64,000 nt of DNA from Mytilus californianus (Eukaryota). A model generated the notes under the pieces. That model was not told the origin of the DNA. It did not search any database and was given only the letters and a program-made list of their open reading frames with translations. The stretch's first letter is position 1. The number at the start of each line of letters is the position of its first letter. Location: positions 88,722,001 to 88,786,000 of the forward strand of contig NW_026262745.1 in assembly GCF_021869535.1 (NCBI RefSeq). Direction: 5' to 3'. This document shows positions 1 to 12,102 of this stretch, piece by piece. A program made the translations under genes and the position numbers.

Positions 1-20
1 TCTGTAAAACTATTTACTCG

Positions 21-960
21 GGTAGTGTAAATAACCATATGTAGATTCTAAAATACTCTTAAGAACTTCTGGATAATTTTACATCTTGATCGTTTTCTTT
101 AATAAGTTCCATCAAAACATTAGATTTTTCAACCCTGTATACAAGCATTCCCAATGTGAAATTGAAAAATCGTCTAAAAGAAATAATCCACAATGCTTTT
201 CAACTTAGAAATGGTAGCATACGATAAAATTTATAATTTTGGGATACCATACGACATTTTTTGTTAATAATGAACAAAACAGGCTACACAGAGGAACAGG
301 TGATCAGTAAAACGGAGTTTCTTATTGACAACATATTTGTTGAATTTGGAGATAGCCTTTTTCAACAAATTGTCGGCATTCCTTTGGGAACGAACTGCGC
401 GCCGCTCCTTGCTGACCGCTTCTTATTTTCATATGAAATGGAATTCCTTCATACACTTGTCAAAAACAAGAATATCAAAGCACAAGATCATTTAATTTCA
501 CATTCAGATCTATTGATGAGGTTCTTTCAATTAACAATCCAAACTTTTCTGATTGGGTTCCATTAACATATCCCCCAGAACTAGACATTACAGAAACAAC
601 AGACACGGCTTCCTCTGTTTCATCTTTAGACCTATACTTCGAATTTTACATACGTGGTCATCTCAGTACCAGAATCTATGACAAACGAGACGATTTTAAT
701 TTTGAAATTATCAATTCCCCCACCTTAGTAGCAATATACCAACTTCACCTGCATATGGGATATACATTTCCCGACATATTCTGTATTCAAAAGCTTGCAG
801 CTCCTACGCAGACTTTGTAAAACGTCACCAGTGTCTGAGCAAAAAGTGGATGAACCAGGGGTTTGTCAAAGGATGTCTCGTCTTTGTTCTAAAAAAGTTC
901 ATCGGAAGGTACCATAAATATTATGTATCAACTTCACAAATAGTACACGATGGTCTTGAA
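21..960 (+). mobile_element. Penelope-like element (PLE) reverse transcriptase remnant, with stops and frameshifts
   Basis: Manual translation across frames gives SIKTLDFSTLYTSIP (RT motif A), FLIDNIFVEFGDSLFQQIVGIPLGTNCAPLLAD (ORF 261-566), FRSIDEVLS (decayed YIDD) and RIYDKRDDFNFEIIN...SSNIPTSPAYGIYIS. PLE clade not determined. Confidence 0.85.
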
Positions 961-1231
961 GTATAGATATGTGTACTGACGTTGTTTATCATCTTAATAA
1001 CGTGTTATAATACTCTATATTTGTCTTTATGAATATTTCTTTTACTGTTTAGTCTGGGTTTTTTTTTTTGTGATATTCATTTGACGTGGCACTGCACTTA
1101 TACATCCCGTCATTGTGTTATTGTTTTATGGTATAATTTTTGTATGCTTGTCTTTCATGTTTGTTAATGTGCTATGTCTATATGCCTTTTTCTGTTTATT
1201 TGTTACATATGACGTGGCTCTGTCTTTATAA

Positions 1232-1540
1232 TGATTAAGATTATAACACAATGTTGACTGCTGTACCCCTATTTTTGACATGTTTACCTATTATGTCTGT
1301 TTGTTTTGTCAATATAATGTAATTTTATGCGACTGTCATACAAGTGACAGATTTAACTAGCTATAAAACCAGGTTTAATCCACCATTTTCTACATAAGAA
1401 AATGCTTGTACCAAGTCAGGAATATGACAGTTGTTATCCATTCGTTTGATGTGTTTGAGCTTTTGATTTTGCCTATTGATGAGGGACTTTTTTGTTGAAC
1501 TTTCCTCGGAGTTCAGTATTTTTGTGATTTTACTTTTTTG
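1232..1540 (+). repeat. Dispersed interspersed repeat, family unassigned
   Basis: The segment accaagtcaggaatatgacagttgttatccattcgtttgatgtgtttgagcttttgatttt recurs as a reverse complement at about 15090-15215 and 26040-26120, and in decayed form at about 33110-33200 and 37075-37190. Confidence 0.6.
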
Positions 1541-3762
1541 TAAACTCTTGTCTCCCTGGCAAGACAGTCATAACATTACTATCTGGAATACAACGTAAGA
1601 ACACATGTGAAGCATTTTCATTAAAACAAAAATATGACATACAAACGTTGGTGTTTTATTTATAAACTTAATTTACTGTACCATTAGGTATTTTCTTTTA
1701 CAAAATATTGTGTTGGTGTTCATATATCAATTATACTCCAGTTCTACAGGTAAATTGAAACTGAATAGACAATTTGTTGAATTTTGTTTAAACATTTTAC
1801 AAAATGACTAGCTATTCCTATTCAGTTTGTTTGCCTGTCAAGGTTATGCGTTTTGTTAAGTGCCTAAGAATTCAGTCATTTTACGAAATGTCTGTAAAAT
1901 ATACAAATAAGAACATTTGGTATAAAAACCAATGTGGCAACCATCTAATTTTAAAACATTATTAGTTGGATATTACAAAAACTTAAATTACCGTTTGTCT
2001 TTTAGCCAGTAGCAAATCATAAACCGTAAATTAAGTTATAAAAAGAACAGACAAGAGCAAATTATAAACAATTAAAAGAAACAAAAAACCTGCTCTAGGT
2101 TAAAACAATAAAACAGATAGACGGCAACAAACGACTACCAATGAATAACAAACTCCACACCTGGGACAAACACATCAAACATGTGGCAGTCTTTTAAATC
2201 TTTGTTTAGGCAGAACCTTTCCAAAGCTTCAGACGTCGGTGTTATAGCACACATATTATCAATTTGCGGCATTTACATCTTGACTTCTTTTTTGTCGAGA
2301 AAAACAGAAGGATTGAAAAAATGGTTTTCTGGTTACAATTGCATGGTCAAAAGTCACAAAGGTGTTCAACCAATCAACGACAAGATCTCATATACGTTAA
2401 AGTAGACAAGTATCATTGAAATTTAATTCTTGACACAACGCTTGGATACGTTTATATGTCTTAAAAATAATCGAATAAAATAATGTTAAAAATATACATT
2501 AAAAACACAATAGTGTAATGTAATATACATTACCAGCCATTTTGTTTTACAGTATTTGTTTACCTTGATAAATGAATAGGGACTTTGCCCATTATTTGGT
2601 TGTCACCTATCTATTAATAGTCAATGTGAAGTAGATATAATTAGATAAACTTTACACTATTATGGCCTTATTTTATCTCAAATTTACCTATTTATATTAC
2701 TGCTGAAATTATATTTATCTTTAATACTATGTTAGAACTGTTTGTTTTTATGTTTTATCTGATAATGTGATCATATGTCGGTGTATCGATCTTCATTGTT
2801 TCGAACAAATGTTAAGCTTTTTGTGGTCATTTCCTTTTAATTTGATAGCAATGAATTGTTTTCACAGCTCAAGCAGATTGTTTTATGCTTTGACTTATCT
2901 TTCATATTGATAAATCAGTAGACGAGAGTTCAACAACTCATTGGTATCAAAAAATTTGAAAATCAATTACGTTAGACAAATAATAAAAGATTTTATGTTT
3001 CGTATTGGCAAACGATAAAATTGGATTTAAAAATTATAGGCTTCAAATCACTGACAATTCTATTTTTATAAGCACATTATAGGAACTCAAGTTTGCTTTA
3101 CCATATCATTATAACACTGTTACATAGGGATAGGTTCTGTAAATACATTTTAAATTTTAGGATGATAACATACATGTATGTTAAGGTTAGTTTATGATAT
3201 TCAACGTATTGGCAATGCCAATACATTTATAAGTTGTGTTGTAAAATAGTATTTTTTAGTAATCATACAATAGAATGTTTTTAAATATTTTTTAAACCTC
3301 TTAATGACTTTTCTAACATATATTCATTGGTTAAAGTAAGATGATACTAGATTGTTTATCTTTTAAATACAGGTAGTGTACACATTGTTGATAAATCTGA
3401 TTCATTTTTGTTTTTGAATTTGCACATTGGAAGCTGGTAAAAGTTATTTATTCTGACATATATCTCTGCACCAGGAGATTTGAGATTTAGTTTGTGGAGT
3501 AGCCAGGAATCCTGTTAGTAATAATTTCAATTTCATTTAGCTTTCAGAATTAACTTTGATGACTGATATAATTCGGATACATGAAAACCCATTATGAGTA
3601 TTAAGATACTCATTTACGGAGAATTAAAGTACGAGCACATTAACAAAGCATTTTATATTTAAAAATTATCAAATTGACGAATTTTAACTTATAAGGTATA
3701 ATTTGTAAAAATTAGACCTTTGTAATTTTCAATAATAAGTAAAAAAAGGGAACAAAATAATG

Positions 3763-4641
3763 AATTAAAAACCAATTGTTCCCTTACAATTGAAGGTCTT
3801 TCCACCCATAAAGATCAATTTTGATATAGAACTATAAAAATTCAGTTTGATATATCATATCCAGCGTCAAATGATAGCTTATTGTACACTGATTCCAAAA
3901 ATATATGGTTTCTATACATTTTTTTCTAAATAAGGGAGATAAATTGTTACTTCCGGTTTGAAATATGTCACTTCCGGTTGTATTTGATAATTTACTTGAT
4001 ACTGATTCCAAAAAATATATGAATCAATATACTTTAACATTTAATAAGTACAAAAACTCCAATTTAATGTTAGCGTACCCTTTCAACCAAAATGTATGTG
4101 TCACGACATGTCGCAACTTACAATATAGTAAAAATATGTTGTCGATATCTTATACGGTTTTTGAAAAGAATTGAAAATAAGCCAAAATCAAAATTTAAAA
4201 TATGACCTTGACCTCTGACCTTGACCTTATTTTCTTATTTTTGGATCAAGGACCTCAAATCAAAAGATCCTAGGTCTCTATCACTTATGGTTTACAACAT
4301 AGAAATGCATATCACTTATATCAAATGCATAAGGGGAAATAAAGGACTCATATGGAGTGTTCATATCGCTTCGGTCAAAATAGGACAAATCATGCAAAGG
4401 GTATAACGAGCAATTTTAGAAAATAAATTTGTCGCTTTCTTTTATGGTTACGGAGGAGATGCAGTCACAAAGGAAAACAGTGTTCAGGGAGATAACTCCT
4501 ACAAAGAAAATTGTTCGGCTTAGAAAGGGTGAAAATTAAAAGCGCATAAACTGTATGATACTATATAAGAAATATCTAAGCGACATCTTGCGAAACAAAA
4601 ATTGTACGCGAGAACAAAATTAGGCGGAAGAAAAAAAAAAT
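3763..4641 (+). mobile_element. Non-autonomous Helentron-like element (HINE-type), copy 1, lacking its 3' hairpin
   Basis: Starts aattaaaaaccaattgtt...caattgaaggtctttcca. Body is collinear with 4642-5910 and runs directly into the 5' end of that copy. No coding capacity. Confidence 0.55.
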
Positions 4642-5910
4642 AATTAAAAACCAATTGTTCAGAGAACAATTGAAGGTCTTTCCATCCATACAGATCAATT
4701 TTGAAATAGAACTATGAAAATTCAGTTTGAAATATCATATCCAGCGTCAAATGATAGCTTATTGTAAACTGATTCTAAAAATATATAGTTTCTATACATT
4801 TTTTTCTAAATAAAGGAGATAAATTGTTACTTCCGGTTTGAAATATGTCACTTCCGCTTTTATTTGATAGTTTACTTGATACTGATTCCAAAAATATATT
4901 GTTCAATACACTTTACATCAAATAAGTACAAAACAAAGCTATTTCCGGTTTACACAAGGTCACTTCCGGTTGGCTTTTCAAGGTCATGTAAATTGCAACC
5001 TAATAAAAAAAGTCCCATGGCTTTATCGTGTTTAAATATGAAGTTAAAGCAAAGGTCAAAATCTAGAACATCAAATTTAACTTTGACCTTGAGCTCAATT
5101 TCAAGGTCATACACCAAGGACCTTTAATCATATTACCCTAGGTCTTTATTATACTTGGTAAATGAGTTATACCACCATACATGTAATTTTAAATATAAAA
5201 AGGGAGAAAACTCTCTTTTACGGTCAACGTACCCTTTCAACCAAATCATGTGTTACGACATGTCGCAACTTACAATTTAGTAAAAATATTTTGTCGATAT
5301 CTTGTACGGTTTTTGGAAGTAAGTGAAAATAAGCCAAAATCAAAATTTAGAATGTGACCTTGACCTCTGACCTTGACCTAATTTTCATTTTTTTGGACCA
5401 AGGACCTCAATTCAAAAGACCCTAGGTCTCTATCACTTATGGTTTACCAGTTAGAAATGCATATTACTTATATCACATGCATAAGGGGAAATAGCTCTCA
5501 TATGGAGTGTTCATATTGCTTCGGTCAAAATAGGACAAATCATGCGAAGGATATAAAGAGCAATTTTATAAAATAAGTTTGTCGCTTTCTTTTGCCGTTA
5601 CGGAGTAGATGTAGTCACAAGGAAAACAGTGTTTGGGGAGATAACTCTTACAAAGAAAATTGTTTGGCTTAGAATGGGTGAAAATAAAAAGCGCATAAAC
5701 TGTATGATACTATATAAGAAATATCTTAGCGACATATTGCGAAACAAAAATGTTACGCGAGAATAAAATTTGGCGGAAGAAAATAATAATAATAATCAGA
5801 ACAAAAACAATAGGTCTTTCCACAGAAAAGTGGAAAGACCTAATAATAATAATAATAATAATCAGAACAAATACAATAGGTCTTTCCACAGAAAAGTGGA
5901 AAGACCTAAT
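4642..5910 (+). mobile_element. Non-autonomous Helentron-like element (HINE-type), copy 2, complete
   Basis: 5' inverted repeat CAATTGTTC-aga-GAACAATTG (4652-4672) followed by subterminal AGGTCTTTCCA. 3' stem-loop AGGTCTTTCCAC-agaaaa-GTGGAAAGACCT occurs twice (5812-5841, 5878-5907) next to (TAA)n. Subterminal inverted repeats plus a 3' hairpin is the established Helentron/DINE-1 layout; the family assignment is inference. Confidence 0.6.
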
Positions 5911-8900
5911 TAATCTGCGATAGTCTTGGTTTAAATTGTGAGATTGGAATACATATTTGTTTTATCAAAGAGTCTTTGTGGAAGTAATATGGACAGCAGC
6001 TTAGCTATATGTGGAGAGTAAATATAAAAAAAACCTAAATCATATAAATATGATTTTTTCACACAATTTTTAGTTATCTGCTGTTTTCTATTTTGCATCG
6101 GACAAATTGTTGGGAGAAGACTTATGCCTTCTGTGTCCAGCGTATTAATGCATTAGGGGTACCAGATGCAGCATCGGTGATTACGATTGATTGTAGATTG
6201 CAGTATGTTTATACAAAAATACAAACGCATGAGCAACACTGATCTTCTTTTCTCTTAGAGTTACCAACCTATGTGATTAATATTTTTTGCTGTATTATAC
6301 TTGTATTGCTTTATTTATTTTTTTTGTCCCCAGCATTCATAATAAATATGCAGTAAAATCGAACAAGTATCGTTCCATAATCCTTACCATAAAAACATAG
6401 TTTTGATTGCAATTGCTTGTTTAAGCCTTCATCATTACTGATATTTACCTCCATAGACCCTCAAATAGTAATATGGCGTAAAAATATTTCCTTGTAATGG
6501 TTATTCATCTTTGACTTATAATCGTGTAGTTGTCGTGATAAAAGAGATGGAAAGCAGCTATATCTATCAACTGTCTCCATCACACAGTGCTTCACTTTCA
6601 TGCATTACCCATATACACCTTTATGTTGTCAATATACTGTGAACATTGTATCTATTTATTACGTTCTTGCTTATTACTTTTAATCTTGCATATCTTACAC
6701 TTATTACTTTGGATTTTTGATACTTGAATTTGAAGATTACGCTTCCTCGGAGTTAGGTATTTTTGTTATTTTACTTTTTATGTTGATAAAAATTAAAATG
6801 ATATTGACGACTGTGAAAAATCTCTCGTTCAAACATAATTGATTATGAAAGAGACAAAATGTGTTATTTGAATATAATGTGTACCAAGTGTACAGTGTGA
6901 ATGTTCTTCATTTAGTGTTGATGTGTGTCAATTAGAGGATGTTTTGTGTTTGTTTTCTCTGTAATGTTTTTTAAACTGTAGTTTATGTTTTCATTGTTTT
7001 TTTGTTTTTTGTTACCATGGTGCTGTCAGTTTGTCTTTGACTTATATTCTGTGTTTGAATGCCTCCTGTTTACTAAAACAACATATGAAAAAGTTCAAGA
7101 AACATGTTTGTGTTTATCAAGTTAACGAATAAAAAAACGTAGATTTTCGCTATTCACTCTTGTACATATACATATTAATCAGTTCCCTCAGTAGTTTTGA
7201 CAAGGAGTTACCAACAAGACTGGTTTTAATTAGAATCTTTAAATCGTAAGCCTTTCGCAGAATTCAAAATTTTGTATGAAAAAAGATATGGCCATCTAGA
7301 GAGATAAAACAGCTAAACACTTGAGCTTAATTTCATGCTAGTTACGCGCCAATTTGCCAAATGGGTTATTTATATTCCATCTTATTGATTAGGATTGCAA
7401 AGTTCACCCATCCGTATTTGTAAATCTATGAATCTTTTTATTTCGCCTTACAAGAAATATTTCGTATCACACTTTATGATGTGTGATATGAATAAAGGAT
7501 GCGAAGAAAGTGGTCTCTTGGTTTTTCTATCCCGCCATATTGAGTTAAATTTCCTACATTTCTATTTACTATCCGATAAGTGAATGCTGACTTCCAACGG
7601 TCACATACTGCTTGAATTACATTACATAGCAACAGATATGCGATGTGTTAATCAAAGTACAAAGCACTCGCACTTTTCAGTTCAAATTTTTTTTTTTTTA
7701 TTTAGATTCTATTTTAGTCTGAACTGTAAAAAAAAGGCTTTTAAACGCACGATGTTACTGTTCGATAATCGAAGCTGACCTATGACATCAAATTGTGTAT
7801 TTGTGGGGGTGGGTGAATGAGCAATGATTCACAGAATTCTCATGTCTAACAATATTTAATTGTTCAAAAGTGCACATTTAACAATTATACAATAAAATAC
7901 AGGGTTTCGACAACTTGAATGACTTCTATATAAGTCCGTCTCCTCTAAGAAGATGGCAACATTGAAAACACTGTGTTGAGAAACCGGCCATAGTATAAGT
8001 TTACTTTTTATATTTATTCGGTGGTTTCTCTTTTTCATATGTACACAAAAGTCAGTTTGGTCGAAAGTAGCGATAAACTCATTTGTAATATTGTAATTGT
8101 GGCTGTGAATATGTTCCACAATTTTTTTAAATCTAAATAGAATTAATAGAAAAATGATTTTTGCCATAACAGAAACGGTCTCAAAACGTCATGAGAATTA
8201 GATATTGCTTAACAGCAACTCACAATAGGGTCGCTTATTGCTGTTAATAAAATCAAATTGAAACCTCTAGCTTGCATTTTTTAAATAAAGTTGTTCAACA
8301 AAATACGCCTCTCGTTGTGATATATATATAATATTCAAAGATATTTGGTTTTGTTCACCTACTGGTTCCCTGATATGATCATTATGTTTCATCTCAATGA
8401 AAACAGCTTGGGATTTTACCAAGAAAAAAAATGCATGTAGATTTTTACCAAATTAAATTCTGGTGAATATCAAAAGTGAAGGGAGATTTCAGTATTTTAG
8501 TAATAGTTTAAACTCTCAGAATTTCGAGGCATATAAATGTAGAAAGCATGCCTCACATCCCTATATTTTGACCAATGAAAAATATAGTTGTGCATATAAA
8601 GTTTTTGGCTGAACAGGAGAATTTGACTTGTTTGTATTTAAAAAAGTGCAACCTATAACTAGCTGTAGTACAGTACGTATTATTCATTGAAACATAATCT
8701 TTTGATGTTTAGGCAACAGTTTTATAATATCTTAGTAACATGCTACATGTCAAAGGAAACCAGACCTGGGGTAATTAAAATGTAATTGTAATTAGCTGTA
8801 ATTAATTACAATTTTGAAAGTAATTCACTGTAATGTGTAACGACCATATTTTCAATTACTTTGAAATACATTTAAATATTTTCATGGAAATTTCGGCTTT

Positions 8901-9719
8901 TCTGATGAAACTTGTAAATATATTTTTCCTTCATTTTGTATGCACTGTGAACTTTCATTTTTCTTTATACATTTTAAACATTTATCATGATGAAAAAATA
9001 TAACATGTCTCAAATTATTCTATCGAGCATTATTGTATGCATAATAACCATTATGTGTATTTAAATCAAATTTGTTTCACATGTTAACATAATAAATCTA
9101 AATAATAAAAATTATACCAATTTATTTAAATCAAATTTTCAAATATCATGTTGTTCTAACAATTAAAAAAAATCTTACCCTCAGGTTATTCCTCTCACTT
9201 AACTAATCGTTACGTACAAATTTGTCCTAGGTTAAAATGTCAAAGGCAATGCTTTTTAAACCATCATTTTTATTTATTAAAATCTGTACCGATGGATATT
9301 ATTTAAAAACTTTCTACAAAATTTAAAATACAGTCAAACCATACAAGAATAAAGTCCAATATAATTGACAATTTTGACACATCATAAAACAAGTCTTGAA
9401 AATGCTACCCTTACTCTTCTGTAATAAGTGGAAGCTTTAAAGATACTTCAAGAAACATGATGTGCATAAGAAAGCCTTCAAGATATAAATTGACATTTTA
9501 AGAAGAAACTTAAAATGTTAAGAAAACAATTCTAAGAAGAAAAAACATATTAATCTAGATCTTTAACTGTATTCATGTAAATCTTTATAAATTGTTTTCC
9601 AATAAAAAAAAAGAAATGCAATCTAATAATCAGTATTCAAAATCTAATGGTGATCAAATGTATCAATGACGTAAGAATTTTTTTCAAACAAATCTTGTTC
9701 AAATGTTTTCATCGTTAAA

Positions 9720-10195
9720 AATGGAACCTAATGGTATATATGTAAATCTGGGTTTTGAAACAAATGCTTGCCTTGCTGTTTCTATGTCCCCTAATAGCTG
9801 AAAATGTACTACACGGATGTTGTATGATAAAGCTTTCTCGTAGGCATTAGCTATAAAATTGTCTTCCTGTATAGTTAATTGTAAATCTTGCAGAAAATAC
9901 CGACATTGAATGATATTATTGTAATGATACTGGCAAATAAAACAAAGAAAATGTGCATATACAATATTATGTATGGCATCGTTTTACTTGGATTTGTTAT
10001 TCATCGGGTAGTAATGTACACTTTTTCTACAACCATATGTTATCTATCAACAGCAATTTCGACAACTGACCATTCGTCATCTGCCTAAACAAATTCTAAC
10101 TGAATATTTCAAAAAATGAATCTGCTACAAAGTCATACCATGGTAAAGAGTATATTGCAATATGGCAAGAGCTATTTTGTTTTGTATTGTAAGTT
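9720..10195 (-). pseudogene. Decayed paralog of the C-terminal (TPR-like) region of the neighbouring cGLR
   Basis: Minus strand 9965-9762 reads IVYAHFLCFICQYHYNNIIQCRYFLQDLQLTIQEDNFIANAYEKALSYNIRVVHFQLLGDIETARQAF versus cGLR VVYAHSLRFLCHYQLNNICQCQHSLKDLQLTIEEDYFIAEDSEKASSYNILGIIFHLVGDRASARQVL. Upstream fragments IALAILQYTL and NLFRQMTNGQLSKLLL also align, with stops and frameshifts. Confidence 0.88.
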
Positions 10196-10201
10196 AGAGT
10201 A

Positions 10202-10409
10202 CTGTGGTTTCATTTATTTTCGTGGGTACCAAATTTCGTGGATTAAGGAAAACTTTCATGTTCGTGGATATTTAATTTCGTGGCTTTGTCGAAGTCTGCA
10301 TACAAGCCTATAGGAAATTTGGCATTCGTTGAACATCTAATTTCGTGGCACACCTGTACCCACGAAATCTACGAAAATTGGTATCCAACGAATAATAATG
10401 AATCCACAG
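10202..10409. mobile_element. MITE with about 40-bp imperfect terminal inverted repeats and TA target-site duplication (Tc1/mariner-type)
   Basis: TA(10200-01)|CTGTGGtttcatttattttcgtgggtacc...ggtatccaacgaataataatgaatCCACAG|TA(10410-11); 208 bp, non-coding. Confidence 0.8.
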
Positions 10410-10419
10410 TATACTGTTG

Positions 10420-10665
10420 ACCTCTTTTTTTTCTTTCTAAGAAGTTCCTGTATGAAATCAGCCTCATAAGAAAAAAAAATGAACAAGTCGGCAAGAAGAG
10501 GGCCACAGATTGTTTCTACGGGAATGCCGATTGTTTGTTGAAAAACACGTCTTCAAAAGGTAACAGATATGTTGTCAATCAAGAAATCAATCATCTTGAT
10601 TATGTCAGTTTCAGAGAACATTTTGTTCGAATCAGAGTGATTTTTTACAAATTAGGATTTGTCAA
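10420..10665 (-). mobile_element. Penelope-like RT remnant (not in the ORF track)
   Basis: Minus-strand translation DKS*FVKNHSDSNKMFSETDIIKMIDFLIDNISVTF*RRVFQQTIGIPVETICGPLLADLF...SYEADFIQELLRK matches the same RT segment seen at 261-566 and 31400-31530. Confidence 0.85.
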
Positions 10666-10818
10666 TAACAACTAGTAGGATTTATCATTACAAACTAGCC
10701 GCCACGAAATAACCATTGTGTTGACTTGGTGTTAGATAAGAAAATATCAATCAATCATGTACATCAGACTGTTGTCACCTTCAAATCAGCATCATCCGTT
10801 TTCACAATGAAATATTCG

Positions 10819-11495
10819 CAACACCAGTCTACGTGAAATTGGACCGATTAGACTGTTTGTAATAAGGAGAAGTTCTACATTGTACATCATAAATTCGAAG
10901 CAAGACAGTTATGTCGAAGTTTGTTAAAGTTTGGCTTAATATATCTGTATGTCTTGGTGTGCTTTTACTTTTTTTCGGCTACGATTTTGCTGTCGTTAAT
11001 GCACTAAAAGTCAAAAGATAAGTGTAATCTAAATTTACAAACCTGATTATCTACCATAACGGGATGATGTTACCCTCAGGGACAAAATGTACACCATCAG
11101 TGGCATTGACTAACATCTATCAATGATACCACTTCTATGTAAATTATAAAGTTATACTCGCAACACCAGTCTACATGAAATTGGACTGATTAGACTGTTT
11201 GTAATAAGGAAAAGTTCTACATTGTACATCATAAATTCGAAGCAAGACAGTTATGTCGAAGTTTGTTAAAGTTTGGCTTAATATATCTGTATGTCTTGGT
11301 GTTCTTTTACTTTTTTTCGGCTACGATTTTGCTGTCGTTAATGCACTGAAAGTCAAAAGATAAGTGTAATCTAAATTTACAAACCTGATTATCTACCATA
11401 ACGGGATGATGTTACCCTCAGGGACAAAAAGTACACCATCAATGGCATTGACTAAAATCTATCAATGATACCACTTCTATTTAAATTATAAAGTT
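10819..11495. repeat. Two-copy 342-bp tandem duplication
   Basis: Units start caacaccagtctac at 10819 and 11161; only scattered substitutions between copies. Confidence 0.95.
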
Positions 11496-12102
11496 GGATT
11501 GCATTAATGATGTTTTACAAATAGACAGTGCTAAAAGAGTACTAGTACACTAAATGGTTGTCGATAATTGCTGTGAAAGATAAGATAAGTCGGAGATAGA
11601 TAAAAATGTCTAAACAGGAAAGTCGACCGATAGACCAACGACGGCAAAACACCAACTTATTTGTATTTGCTTAAAAGGACGCCATTATACCAGTTTTCGG
11701 TTTGCTATTAGAAATATAGTTGATAGTTCGATCTTGATAAAAAAGAATGACACGGGAGAAGTCAATGTTTTCAGCAATTCGTGTTGCTGGGTCTTTAGTG
11801 GTTTCGGTCGTGTTACAAGAACATTAATTGTCTTTGTGTTCGTGTTTTATCGTGTAGTTTTGACTCCTGAAAAAATATTGTTTTTGCCTGTCCCTCTTGT
11901 ATCATATGAATTTTTGAAATAAGGTGTGAATTTTTTTCTTATATCATATCTGAATTGTGTGTTTTTTATTTGGGGTTAATATATTACATTAGTTTGCAAA
12001 TACCTATATCAACACGATAAATAAATCAAAACAAAAACACACAAATCAGATTTAATTTCGCAAAATACACCTCACTCACTAAAATACATTATCATACATA
12101 AT

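Noticed and set aside
7856-8167. 103-aa minus-strand ORF with FIATFDQTDF, faintly like a pogo/Tc1 DDE motif
   Set aside because: One short motif only; no other catalytic residues or terminal repeats found.
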